Below are positions 11,155 through 19,114 of a stretch of 32,000 nucleotides of DNA, piece by piece; the first letter of the stretch is position 1, and each line of letters begins with the position of its first letter. The notes beneath the pieces are model-generated. The model saw only the letters and a list, made by a program, of their open reading frames with translations, did no database searches and was not told the origin of the DNA. The stretch covers positions 1,590,001 through 1,622,000 of the forward strand of contig NC_017080.1 of the NCBI RefSeq assembly GCF_000284115.1, given 5' to 3'. This DNA is from Phycisphaera mikurensis NBRC 102666. GTDB taxonomy: Bacteria > Planctomycetota > Phycisphaerae > Phycisphaerales > Phycisphaeraceae. Both the position numbers and the translations under genes were made by a program.

Positions 11155-12267
11155 TCAGCGCTTGCGGCGGGCGGTCATCGCCGCCCGCAGCAGCTTCAGG
11201 GCGGCCACGTCGTACGGCTTGCTTGCCAGGCACCGCTTCGCGTACCACGCCGCCGTCGCGTGCTCGCCGGCACCCAGGGCCCACCAGCCGCACTTGAGCC
11301 GGCCGCGCCGGCGGGCGTCGCGGTCGTCGGCTTCGCGCCAAGGGGGCTTGCCCTCCCAGCGGGAAGCGATGCCGCGCCGGGTCGCGGCATCCCGCGAAGC
11401 CTTCTCGCACAGCGCCGCCTGCTCGATGCGGCGCTGTCCGCTGACCGATCCGCCGTAGAAGCGGTAACGCTGGAGCACCTCCTGCTGGTTGGCGAGGCGG
11501 CCGATCTCGGCGAGGCGGAGCCAGAGCTCCACGTCGACCGCGGAGGCGTAGCCGGGGTTGTAGCCGCCGACCCTCCGCAGCGCCGCCGCGTCGATCATCG
11601 AGCTGGTGTGCCAGAGCGTGCAGTGCCCGCGCAGCAGGCCGTCCTCGATGGCCGCGTGGTCGGTGGGGTTGTGGACGCTGTGCAGCCGGCGGCCGCGGGC
11701 GTCGATGAAGTCGACCATCGAGCCGGCGGCGGCGGCGCGGCTCCGCTCGAAGAAGCGCAGCTGCCGGACCAGCCGATCGGGGGCCATGACGTCGTCGGCG
11801 TCCATCCGGGCGATCCGACGCCCGCGGCAGGCGGCGATGCCGGCGTTGGCGGCGTGGGAGATGCCGACGTTCTCGTCGAAGCGGAGCAGGCGGACCCGGG
11901 GGTCGGCCGCCGCGAGCGACGCGAGCAGGGCCGGCGTCGCGTCGGTCGATCCGTCGTCGACGAGCACGTACTCGAGGGTGAGGCCACGCTGGCCCAGCAC
12001 GCTGGCCGCGGCCTCCATCAGGTGCCGCTTGCCGTTGCGGACCGTGGTGAGCACCGACACGGCGGGCCGCGTCGCGGTGGCGGGCGGGGGCGGCGTCAGC
12101 TCGCGAGCCGCCACCGGGGGCATGGGGAAGCGGGTCCGCGACGCCGGCGGGGGCGGCGGCAAGACGCGGGGGGGAACCTGCACCACCGGCCGGCGCCGCG
12201 GCACCAGCAGGATCTCCCGCGGGTGGCGGGCCGGGAGCGGTGCGGGCGGCGGCGCTAGGGCACTCAT
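11155..12267 (-). CDS. family 2 glycosyltransferase
   Basis: GT2 core VSVLTTVRNG...YVLVDDGSTDAT...ARMDADDVMAPDRL (DxD). The C-terminal helical tail (AKRCLASKPYDVAALKLLRAA) is paralogous to the tail of the fused GT2-GT2 at 14644-16638. An alternative start is the ATG at 12123. Confidence 0.8.
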   Translation of the reverse strand: MSALAPPPAPLPARHPREILLVPRRRPVVQVPPRVLPPPPPASRTRFPMPPVAARELTPPPPATATRPAVSVLTTVRNGKRHLMEAAASVLGQRGLTLEYVLVDDGSTDATPALLASLAAADPRVRLLRFDENVGISHAANAGIAACRGRRIARMDADDVMAPDRLVRQLRFFERSRAAAAGSMVDFIDARGRRLHSVHNPTDHAAIEDGLLRGHCTLWHTSSMIDAAALRRVGGYNPGYASAVDVELWLRLAEIGRLANQQEVLQRYRFYGGSVSGQRRIEQAALCEKASRDAATRRGIASRWEGKPPWREADDRDARRRGRLKCGWWALGAGEHATAAWYAKRCLASKPYDVAALKLLRAAMTARRKR

Positions 12268-12471
12268 GTGGGCTTCTCGGGGATCTCCTGCTGCCCCCTC
12301 CCCCTAGAGGGTAAGATCGTACACTTTCCTGGGTAGGAAGCGAGCCGAAGGTCGCCGGTCGTCGGGGTTATGCGGGTGGCGCGGGCCCGCCGGCCCCGCT
12401 CCCGCCCGTCGGGCGCGACGGGTCGGGTTCCCGCGGTGGGGCGGCAGAGCCTCCGCGCTACGGTCCCGCCG

Positions 12472-13482
12472 ATGGAGCCTGCCCGACTCGGCGGATCGAC
12501 GGCGGCCGGGGCGACGCTCTACCTGCACCTTGGCCTGCCCAAGACCGCGAGCACGCACCTGCAGCGGGAGGTCTTCCCGCGCCTCACGCACGTGGGCGTG
12601 CGGTCGATGCCCCGGACCGGCCTCTTCACCACGCCGGCCGACGCCGCCCGCGACGCCCGCCTGATGGCCGCGTGCTTCTGCCGCTCGGTGGAGGTCTGGG
12701 CGGCGCGGGGCGACGAGGTGTTCGCCGAGCTGCTGGGGGAGGCGACGCCGCCGGCGGAGCCCCGCACGCGCGGGCTGCTCGTCTCCGACGAGGCGATGGG
12801 GCGGACGGGGAGCCGGCCCCGGCAGCTCGGCGGGCACCTCGCGGCGATGGCCGAGCGGGCGGCGGCTTGGGGCTTCCCGCGGGTCCGCGTGCTCTGCGTC
12901 GTCCGGCGGCAGGACCACTGGCTGGCCTCGCACTACGCCCAGGGCGCCGACCGGCGGCCGGCGGCGTCGCAGGCGGACTTCGAGGCGATGGTGGCGGAGG
13001 CCCTGGCGCCGGAGGGCGAGCGTTACGGCTTCGGGATGCTGCTCGATTACGCCGTGCTCCACCGGGCGCTCGCGGATGCGGTGGGCGGCGACCGCGTGAC
13101 GATGCTGCCGTACGAGTGGCTGACCCGCGAACCGCAGCGCTTCCTCGGCGGGGTGCTCGCGGCGCTGGACACCCCGCCGGCCGACCGGGAGCGGCTGCTC
13201 GCGGAGGCCCCGGGCGGCGGTCGGACCAACGTCAAGGGCGCCGGCGGCGGGGCCTGGACGCTCAGCCGCCGCCCGGTGCTGCCGGCGGCGGCGCGGCGCG
13301 TGCTGCCGCGGGCGCTCGCGGGACGCCTGGAGTGGCGGCTGCGGCGGCGCTTCGAAAAGCAGATCGTGCTCCGGCCGGACGCCTCGGAGCGGATCCTCAC
13401 CGCCTACCGCGCCTCCAACGAGGAGCTGGCGCGGGCGATCGGCGTCGACCTCATCGCGCTGGGCTACGGCCCGGCCGGCTGA
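12472..13482 (+). CDS. sulfotransferase-like protein (putative glycan sulfotransferase)
   Basis: 336 aa from the ATG at 12472. LYLHLGLPKTASTHLQ resembles the 5'-PSB loop (PKxGTTxL) and VVRRQDHWLASHY resembles the 3'-PB motif (RxxxDxxxSxY) of PAPS-dependent sulfotransferases. The opposite-strand ORF (12304..13596) is Arg-rich nonsense. The family call rests on motifs only. Confidence 0.55.
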   Translation: MEPARLGGSTAAGATLYLHLGLPKTASTHLQREVFPRLTHVGVRSMPRTGLFTTPADAARDARLMAACFCRSVEVWAARGDEVFAELLGEATPPAEPRTRGLLVSDEAMGRTGSRPRQLGGHLAAMAERAAAWGFPRVRVLCVVRRQDHWLASHYAQGADRRPAASQADFEAMVAEALAPEGERYGFGMLLDYAVLHRALADAVGGDRVTMLPYEWLTREPQRFLGGVLAALDTPPADRERLLAEAPGGGRTNVKGAGGGAWTLSRRPVLPAAARRVLPRALAGRLEWRLRRRFEKQIVLRPDASERILTAYRASNEELARAIGVDLIALGYGPAG

Positions 13483-14647
13483 GCGCGGCTTCCTCGAGCA
13501 CCTCGGCGTGGCGGAGGTCGGCCGCGGCGGCGGAGAAGGCGGCCGCACGCCGGACCGCCGCGGCGGCGAGGGCCGCCCGCGCGGCCGGATCGGCAAGCAG
13601 GGCCGCGAGGGACGCCGCGAGGGCGGCGGGGTCTTCCGGTGCGACGATCCGGCCGGCCGGCGGCTCCCCCAGCGCGTCGGGCATCCCGCCGACGCGGGTC
13701 ACCACCGGCGGGAGGCCGGCGGCCATCGCCTCGAGCAGCGCCAGCGGGAGGCCTTCGCTGCGGGAGGGCATCACCGCCACCGAGGACGCGTGCAGCAGCG
13801 CGGCGGTGGCGGCGGGATCGAGGCGGCCCGCGAAGCGGACGGCGTCGCCGAGGCCGAGCTCCGCCGCGAGCGACCGCAGGGCCGGCGCCTCGGGGCCGTC
13901 GCCCACCAGCGTGAGGCGGGCGGCGGGCACGGACGCCCGGAGGCGGGCGAGCGCCCGAAGCAGCACGTCGTGGCCCTTGACCCGCTCCAGACGCCCGACG
14001 CAGGCCAGGGCGGCCGGCGCCGCCGCCGCGTCGTCGGGCCTCCGCCAGAAGGCCAAGTCGACGCCGTTGGGGATCACCTCGACCGGCGCCCGGGGAAACG
14101 CCGGGCGGTGTCCGCCCGCCCGCAGCGTCTCCGCCCGCTCGGCGAGCCCGGCGGAGACGGCGATGATCCGGTCGGCCCGGCGGAGCAGCGCCCGGAGGCG
14201 GGCCGCGTCGGCGGGCAGCGGCTGCAGCAGGTCGCTGCCGTGGCAGGTCAGCACCAGCGCCGCGCGGCGCCGGGAGGAGGCGAACCAGCGGGTGCCGCCC
14301 CGCGGGAAGTGCACGTCGACCACCCGGGGCCGGAACCCGCGCAGCGTCGAGCGGAGGCGGCGGAGCGGGTCGGCCGCGTGAAGCAGGCCGCGGGGCGTGG
14401 GCCGCGGGCGGCCCAGCGGGAGCCGCCGATCCTCGAGGCGCGGGAGCCGCAGCGTGAGAACCTCGCCGGGCGAGGGCCAGCGGCGCGGTCGGGGCTCCGG
14501 GGCGGCCGGGTCGTCGATCGGCCAGGCGCGGACCACCGCGTGCCCGCGAGCGGCGAGGAAGGCGGCCGTCCGGCGGTAGACCGCCTGCACGCCCCCGGCT
14601 TCGGTGGGGACGACGGGCGTGTAGAGCAGGACGCGGAGCGGGGTCAC
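13451..14647 (-). CDS. family 4 (GT-B) glycosyltransferase
   Basis: 398 aa from the GTG at 14647 (VTPLRVLLYTPVVPTEAGGVQ...). The C-terminal half carries the GT4 signature FAGRLD...VAVMPSRSEGLPLALLEAMAAGLPPVVTRVGGMPD. The start overlaps the upstream stop as GTGA. Confidence 0.85.
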   Translation of the reverse strand: MTPLRVLLYTPVVPTEAGGVQAVYRRTAAFLAARGHAVVRAWPIDDPAAPEPRPRRWPSPGEVLTLRLPRLEDRRLPLGRPRPTPRGLLHAADPLRRLRSTLRGFRPRVVDVHFPRGGTRWFASSRRRAALVLTCHGSDLLQPLPADAARLRALLRRADRIIAVSAGLAERAETLRAGGHRPAFPRAPVEVIPNGVDLAFWRRPDDAAAAPAALACVGRLERVKGHDVLLRALARLRASVPAARLTLVGDGPEAPALRSLAAELGLGDAVRFAGRLDPAATAALLHASSVAVMPSRSEGLPLALLEAMAAGLPPVVTRVGGMPDALGEPPAGRIVAPEDPAALAASLAALLADPAARAALAAAAVRRAAAFSAAAADLRHAEVLEEAALSRPGRSPAR

Positions 14648-16638
14648 TCCGCCGGCCTTCCCGGCGCCGCCGGCGCCGCGTTGCGGCTTCGGCCCCGGGC
14701 CCAGCGCAGCAGCCGCAGCGCGGCGAGCGAGTGCGGCCGCAGCGCCAGCGCCCGGCGGGCGAGCGCGGCGGCGGCGGCGGGATCGGGCGGGTGCTCGCTC
14801 CCGGGCGCGCGGGCGAGGTGGCGGCGGGCGGTCTCGAGCAGGTAGGCGGCGGCCACGGCGCGGCCGGCCCGCCGCATCGCGGGGCCGTGGATCGCGTACA
14901 GCTGCTCCCGGGCGCGGAGGTTCCGCTCCAGCGCGCGGGAGCGGCGGGGGGTGGCGGCGGCGTCGTCCCGGTAGCGGGCGGTCACCCGCGGGATGACCGC
15001 GATGCGGTGCTGCTTCGCCAGGCGGATGCAGAACTCCCAGTCCTCGATCGCTTCGAGGGTTTCGTCGAAGAAGCCCGCGGTCGCGACCGCCTCGCGCCGC
15101 ATCAGCCCGTTGACGGTGAAGCCGAAGGCGCCGTTCTCCAGGAACAAGGCCGGGAGCGCGGCCGCGCCGGCTGCGGGCCGGTGCGTCGCCGTCCGCTTCC
15201 CATCGAGGCGCTGGATGCCCGAGCACAGCGCCGCCGTCGCCGCGGGCTCGGCGTCGAGCGCCCGCAGCCGGGGGCGGAGCGTGCCCGGCAGCCACGCGTC
15301 GTCGGAGTCCAGGAAGGCGACGACGCGGCCGCGGGCCTCGCGGAGGCCGCGGTTGCGGGCCGCGGCGACGCCGCCGTTCTCCCGCTGGCGGAGCAGGCGG
15401 AGCCGCGGGTCGTCGACGGCCTCCACGGCCTCGGGCGTGCCGTCGGTGGAGGCGTCGTCGACGACGAGCAGCTCCAGCGTGACGTCCGTCTGCGCGAGCA
15501 CGCTGCGGATCGCCCGCACGACGTCGGCGGGGCGGTTGAAGACGGGGATGATCGCCGAGACCTCGGGGAGGCGGAGCTCTTCGGGCGTCACCGCGGGGGC
15601 GGGGGCCGGGGTGGGGGCGGGGGCCGCGCCGCGGACCGCGGCGGGAATCGGCCTCGGCGGCCGGCAGTCCGCGGCGGAGGGCGGCGGACCGTTGGGATCG
15701 GCCGCCGGCGCCGGCGGCGACGCCGGGAAGAGCCGCCGCTTCAGGCGGGCCGCGGCGGGCGCGCGGAAGCGGCGGACGAGGCGGGCGACCCGGTCGGCGC
15801 TCGCCGCGTCGCCCGCCGCCGCGGCATCGAGCCGCACGTTGTGGAGAGCCGTCAGCAGCGCCGCCCGGTGGATGCCGAGCCGGCCGCTCTCCTCGAGCCG
15901 GTGGCCGATCTTCTCGAAGACATGCAGCCGGCTCGCCAGACCCTCCGGCGTCGCGCGCCGCCCGCTGAGCGTGGTCGCCCCGCCGGCGGGCCGGCGGTAG
16001 TAGGCGAGCCCGCGCGTGGAGAACGCGACGCCGGCGTCGCCGGTGCGCAGGAGGTGCCGCATCGCGAGGTCGCCGTCGTCCATCACGCTGGCTTGGGGGT
16101 CCCAGCCGCCGGTGCGCAGGCACGCCTCCCGGTCCCAGAGCATCGCGCACGTCGGGTGGTACCAGCCGCGCAGCCAGGCCGAGAGCAGCGGCTCGCCGGC
16201 GTGGCGGGGCCGGCAGGAGGCCAGCGCGGTCCGCCACGCCCCGTCTCCGCGGTCGGGGTCGGTCTCCAGCCGGCGCCAGCGGCACAGCGCGAGGCCGGCG
16301 TCGGGCGCGGCGTCGAGCGCCTCGTTCGAGCCCGCGAGCGCCTCGGGGCCGAGCACGTCGTCCGCGTCGAGGAAGAGCAGCCGGTCGCTCCGGGCCGCCA
16401 GCAGGCCAAGGTTCCGCGCACGGCCGGCGTTGCCGGCGTCGGAGGCGAGGAAGCGAACGCGGAAGGGCGCTCCCGCCAGGGCCGCGGCGGCGGCCGCGAA
16501 GCCGCCGTCGGTGGAGCGGTCGTCGACGACGATCACCTCCCACGGCGGGGCGGTCTGAGCCCGCAGCGAGAGCAGCGTCTCGCCGATCGTGTCGGCGCCC
16601 TGGTGCAGCGGGATGACGGCGGACACGCGGGCCTTCAC
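14644..16638 (-). CDS. fused bifunctional glycosyltransferase (two GT2 domains joined by a Pro/Ala-rich linker)
   Basis: 664 aa from the GTG at 16638. Domain 1 is VSAVIPLHQG...VIVVDDRSTDGG...LFLDADDVL. The linker is PASPPAPAADPNGPPPSAADCRPPRPIPAAVRGAAPAPTPAPAPA. Domain 2 is VSAIIPVFNR...LLVVDDASTDGT...AFLDSDDAW. There are GTGA overlaps at both ends. Confidence 0.8.
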   Translation of the reverse strand: MKARVSAVIPLHQGADTIGETLLSLRAQTAPPWEVIVVDDRSTDGGFAAAAAALAGAPFRVRFLASDAGNAGRARNLGLLAARSDRLLFLDADDVLGPEALAGSNEALDAAPDAGLALCRWRRLETDPDRGDGAWRTALASCRPRHAGEPLLSAWLRGWYHPTCAMLWDREACLRTGGWDPQASVMDDGDLAMRHLLRTGDAGVAFSTRGLAYYRRPAGGATTLSGRRATPEGLASRLHVFEKIGHRLEESGRLGIHRAALLTALHNVRLDAAAAGDAASADRVARLVRRFRAPAAARLKRRLFPASPPAPAADPNGPPPSAADCRPPRPIPAAVRGAAPAPTPAPAPAVTPEELRLPEVSAIIPVFNRPADVVRAIRSVLAQTDVTLELLVVDDASTDGTPEAVEAVDDPRLRLLRQRENGGVAAARNRGLREARGRVVAFLDSDDAWLPGTLRPRLRALDAEPAATAALCSGIQRLDGKRTATHRPAAGAAALPALFLENGAFGFTVNGLMRREAVATAGFFDETLEAIEDWEFCIRLAKQHRIAVIPRVTARYRDDAAATPRRSRALERNLRAREQLYAIHGPAMRRAGRAVAAAYLLETARRHLARAPGSEHPPDPAAAAALARRALALRPHSLAALRLLRWARGRSRNAAPAAPGRPAE
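15629..15674. repeat. BP46 bipartite palindrome, near-perfect copy inside the GT2-GT2 linker
   Basis: CCGCGGACCG (15629-15638), a 26-nt spacer, then CAGTCCGCGG (15665-15674). 19 of 20 arm positions match the consensus. The flanking G...C at 15628/15675 also pairs. Confidence 0.75.
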
Positions 16639-17807
16639 GCGGGGGCCTCCTCCAGCGTGGCGAGCGCGGCGGCGAGCGCCCCGGGCTCGACCGCGAGGTC
16701 CTGCTCCACCGGCGGCCGATCGCCCACCGGGCGGGCCGGCACGAAGCGGTGCCGGTGGCCCAGCGCCGCCCCGAGCGCGTAAAAGTTGGGGTTCGGGAAG
16801 CCGGGGTCGGCGAGCTCGACGACCTCGAGGCCACGCGGGGCGAAGAGCATGTTCGTGAGCCCGGCTCCGTGCGGGCCGGCGAGCACGCCGGTCTCCCGCA
16901 TCAGCGCCGCCTGCGCCGGGAGGTCCAATTCCTCGAAGACGACCCGCTCGAAGCCGTGGTCGTCGAGCACCCGGTGCAGCGCCGCGACGCCGAGCAGGCG
17001 GCGCCGGGTCGCCCGCTCGCGGCTCACCCACACGCGTCGCGTGGGCGCCGGCGCGTCGGCCAGCGCAAGCGCCCGGGGGATGAGGCCGACCAGCTCGGGG
17101 GCGAAGCGGTCGGTCGACAGCGCCGTCAGGCGGCCGACGCGCAGCGGCCGGTCCTCGTCGAAGCGGAGGAAGGCCGACTCCGGGAGCCCGAGCAGCCGCA
17201 GGCTCGCCTCGTGGGCCGGCGGCATCCGCGCCGGCAGCAGCACGTTCTTCAACCGGCCGAGCCCGCGGAGCAGCAGCAGCTTGGGCAGGTGCGCCGCGAG
17301 CCAGTGGCTGTGGTTGTGCCAGACCCGCTCCAGGAACCAGACCGCCTCGGGCACCTCGCGCGGCGCGGGGAGGCCGTTGCCCATCAGCAGCCGCTCGTGC
17401 CGCGGACGGAAGCGGACTTCCCGCATCCGAAGCTTCGATCCGCGGCCGGCCACGATCGCGGGGAAGAAGTCGTCGTTCTGCTCGGGGTCCCGGTACCAGA
17501 GGATCTCGGCGGGGCCGAGCTCGGCGACCTGCGTCGCCTCCGCGGCGCGGGCGGGCACGTCGGCCATCGCGTAGCCCCACCAGCCGGCGTCCGCCGGCAG
17601 CTCCGAGGCGGAGCCGACCCCGCGGGGCAGCGGGTTCGCGTGCACCCGGGGCGGGTGCACCTCCTCGAGGCGGGCGCCGGGGAGGGCCGCCGCGGCCTCC
17701 GCGAGCGAGCGGTCGCGGAGCCCGCGCCACCCGACGGCGCGGGCGGGGAGCCCGGCGCCCACGGCGCATCGCAGCCCGGCCCGGATCGCGCGGCGCAGCG
17801 GGCTCAC
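16635..17807 (-). CDS. GT61 / DUF563-like glycosyltransferase
   Basis: 390 aa from the GTG at 17807 (VSPLRRAIRAG...). Blocks HNHSHWLAAHLPKLLLL and FEELDLPAQAALMRETGVLAGPHGAGLTNMLFAP are typical of the DUF563/GT61 capsular-polysaccharide family. There are GTGA overlaps with both neighbours. Confidence 0.7.
   Translation of the reverse strand: MSPLRRAIRAGLRCAVGAGLPARAVGWRGLRDRSLAEAAAALPGARLEEVHPPRVHANPLPRGVGSASELPADAGWWGYAMADVPARAAEATQVAELGPAEILWYRDPEQNDDFFPAIVAGRGSKLRMREVRFRPRHERLLMGNGLPAPREVPEAVWFLERVWHNHSHWLAAHLPKLLLLRGLGRLKNVLLPARMPPAHEASLRLLGLPESAFLRFDEDRPLRVGRLTALSTDRFAPELVGLIPRALALADAPAPTRRVWVSRERATRRRLLGVAALHRVLDDHGFERVVFEELDLPAQAALMRETGVLAGPHGAGLTNMLFAPRGLEVVELADPGFPNPNFYALGAALGHRHRFVPARPVGDRPPVEQDLAVEPGALAAALATLEEAPA
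17400..17445. repeat. BP46 bipartite palindrome, degenerate copy inside the GT61-like gene
   Basis: CCGCGGACGG (17400-17409), a 26-nt spacer, then CGATCCGCGG (17436-17445). The arms match 9/10 and 9/10. The outer 7 bp are perfectly complementary. It is read in a different codon frame from the other coding copies. Confidence 0.55.
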
Positions 17808-19114
17808 GGGCCCGGCCTCAGCTCGTCCGTCCGCTGCGCGATGGCCGCGTGAACCGGCTCCCAGTCGCCGGCGTGCCGCGCACGCAGGCCGTCGAAGGCC
17901 GCGCGGATCCGCCCGCGGACCGCCGCGTCCGCGAGGTCCGCGGCGACCCGGTCCGCGGCTTCCGCCGCGGCGAAGGCGTCGGGCCGCAGGATCCGCTCCC
18001 CGAAGCCGGGCCCCAGCGAGGCGAGGAAGGCGTCGCACTTGGGGTCGTAGCTCACCAGGTGGCAGGGCACCCCCTGCGCCAGCGCGAAGATCACCGGGTG
18101 CAGCCGCAGGCTCACGACCGCGTCGAAGAGCCCGTAGAGGTGCTTGAGCGCCGCGGGATCCTCCACCGGCTCGTCGAGGACGACCGAGCCGGGCACCGCC
18201 ATCCGCGCCCGCACGCCCCGGGCGGTCGCCACGTCGTCGGGCTTGCCGGCGCTGGCTTCCCGCTGCCGGTCGGTGCCCAGGAAGAAGACGTCCGCGTGGT
18301 CACGCTGGACGCGGTCGAGCGTCGCGGCGAGCTCCGCGAAGACCTTCTCCCGGCGGGCGAGCGCGTCGGGGTAGTTCGCCTGGTAGTCGCGAACGCAGAC
18401 GCCGACCCGCGGCCGCTGGCCCGCCGCGATGCGGGCGGCGAGCGGCGCGGCGGCGGGGTCTTCACGCGGCCGGAGGAAGACCGCGGCGTCGGTCGACTCC
18501 ACCACCTGCGCGCGGACGCCCAGGCGCCGCAGCGCCGGCCCCGAGGCGTCGTCGCGCACGAGGATCCCGGTGTGCAGGTCCAGCGTGGAGCGCAGCAGCG
18601 GTCGGAGCAGGACCCCCCGCGGGCCCGCGAGGTCGAAGGGACCGCAGCCGACGCCGAGCTGGAAGGCCGGCACGCGGTAAAAGCGGGCGGCGGAGAGGAG
18701 CAGCCGGTTCTGCAGCACCATCCGCGGCTTCAACCAGCGGTCGTTCCAGGTCGGCCCGCCCTGGAAGACGAGCCCCGCGGCCCCCTCGAAGACGCCGCGG
18801 ACGCGGGCAAACGCCTCCGCGTCCAGCACCGCGCGCCCGCCGTCGCGGGCGAGCGCGCGGGCGAGCCGCAGCGTGCGCGGGTAGGTCTTTCTGCCGCCCA
18901 CCGCGGGCACCGCCCAGACGAGCCGCTCGTGCACCGCGTCGCCGGGGCCCGCCAGCTCCGGCAGCGCCCGGAAGACGCCGGGCCGATCGACGTAGGCGTG
19001 CACCGGCAGGTCGCTCCGCCGCCGCAGGCCCTGCAGGATGGCCAGCCCGATGCCGGTGTCGCCGACGGTCGGCGAGATCCCCGAGAACAGGATGCGCGGC
19101 GTCGGCGTCTTCAT
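17804..19114 (-). CDS. polysaccharide pyruvyl transferase (CsaB/WcaK family)
   Basis: 436 aa from the ATG at 19114 (MKTPTPRILFSGISPTVGDTGIGLAILQGL). The C-terminal block LYGLFDAVVSLRLHPVIFALAQGVPCHLVSYDPKCDAF is typical of PS_pyruv_trans proteins. The start shares one base with the wzt stop (TGATG). Confidence 0.72.
   Translation of the reverse strand: MKTPTPRILFSGISPTVGDTGIGLAILQGLRRRSDLPVHAYVDRPGVFRALPELAGPGDAVHERLVWAVPAVGGRKTYPRTLRLARALARDGGRAVLDAEAFARVRGVFEGAAGLVFQGGPTWNDRWLKPRMVLQNRLLLSAARFYRVPAFQLGVGCGPFDLAGPRGVLLRPLLRSTLDLHTGILVRDDASGPALRRLGVRAQVVESTDAAVFLRPREDPAAAPLAARIAAGQRPRVGVCVRDYQANYPDALARREKVFAELAATLDRVQRDHADVFFLGTDRQREASAGKPDDVATARGVRARMAVPGSVVLDEPVEDPAALKHLYGLFDAVVSLRLHPVIFALAQGVPCHLVSYDPKCDAFLASLGPGFGERILRPDAFAAAEAADRVAADLADAAVRGRIRAAFDGLRARHAGDWEPVHAAIAQRTDELRPGP
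17913..17958. repeat. BP46 bipartite palindrome, perfect copy inside the pyruvyl-transferase gene
   Basis: CCGCGGACCG (17913-17922), a 26-nt spacer, then CGGTCCGCGG (17949-17958). An extra right-arm-like AGGTCCGCGG sits in the spacer at 17934-17943. The copy encodes AADRVAADLADAAVRG. Confidence 0.85.

Noticed and set aside
12305-12350. Lower-GC patch (TAGAGGGTAAGATCGTACACTTTCCTGGGTAGGAAG) between the divergent GT2 and sulfotransferase-like genes as a bidirectional promoter
   Set aside because: It is plausible by position and contains a TAAGAT -10-like hexamer, but there is no convincing -35 at proper spacing. The evidence is not strong enough to report as a feature.
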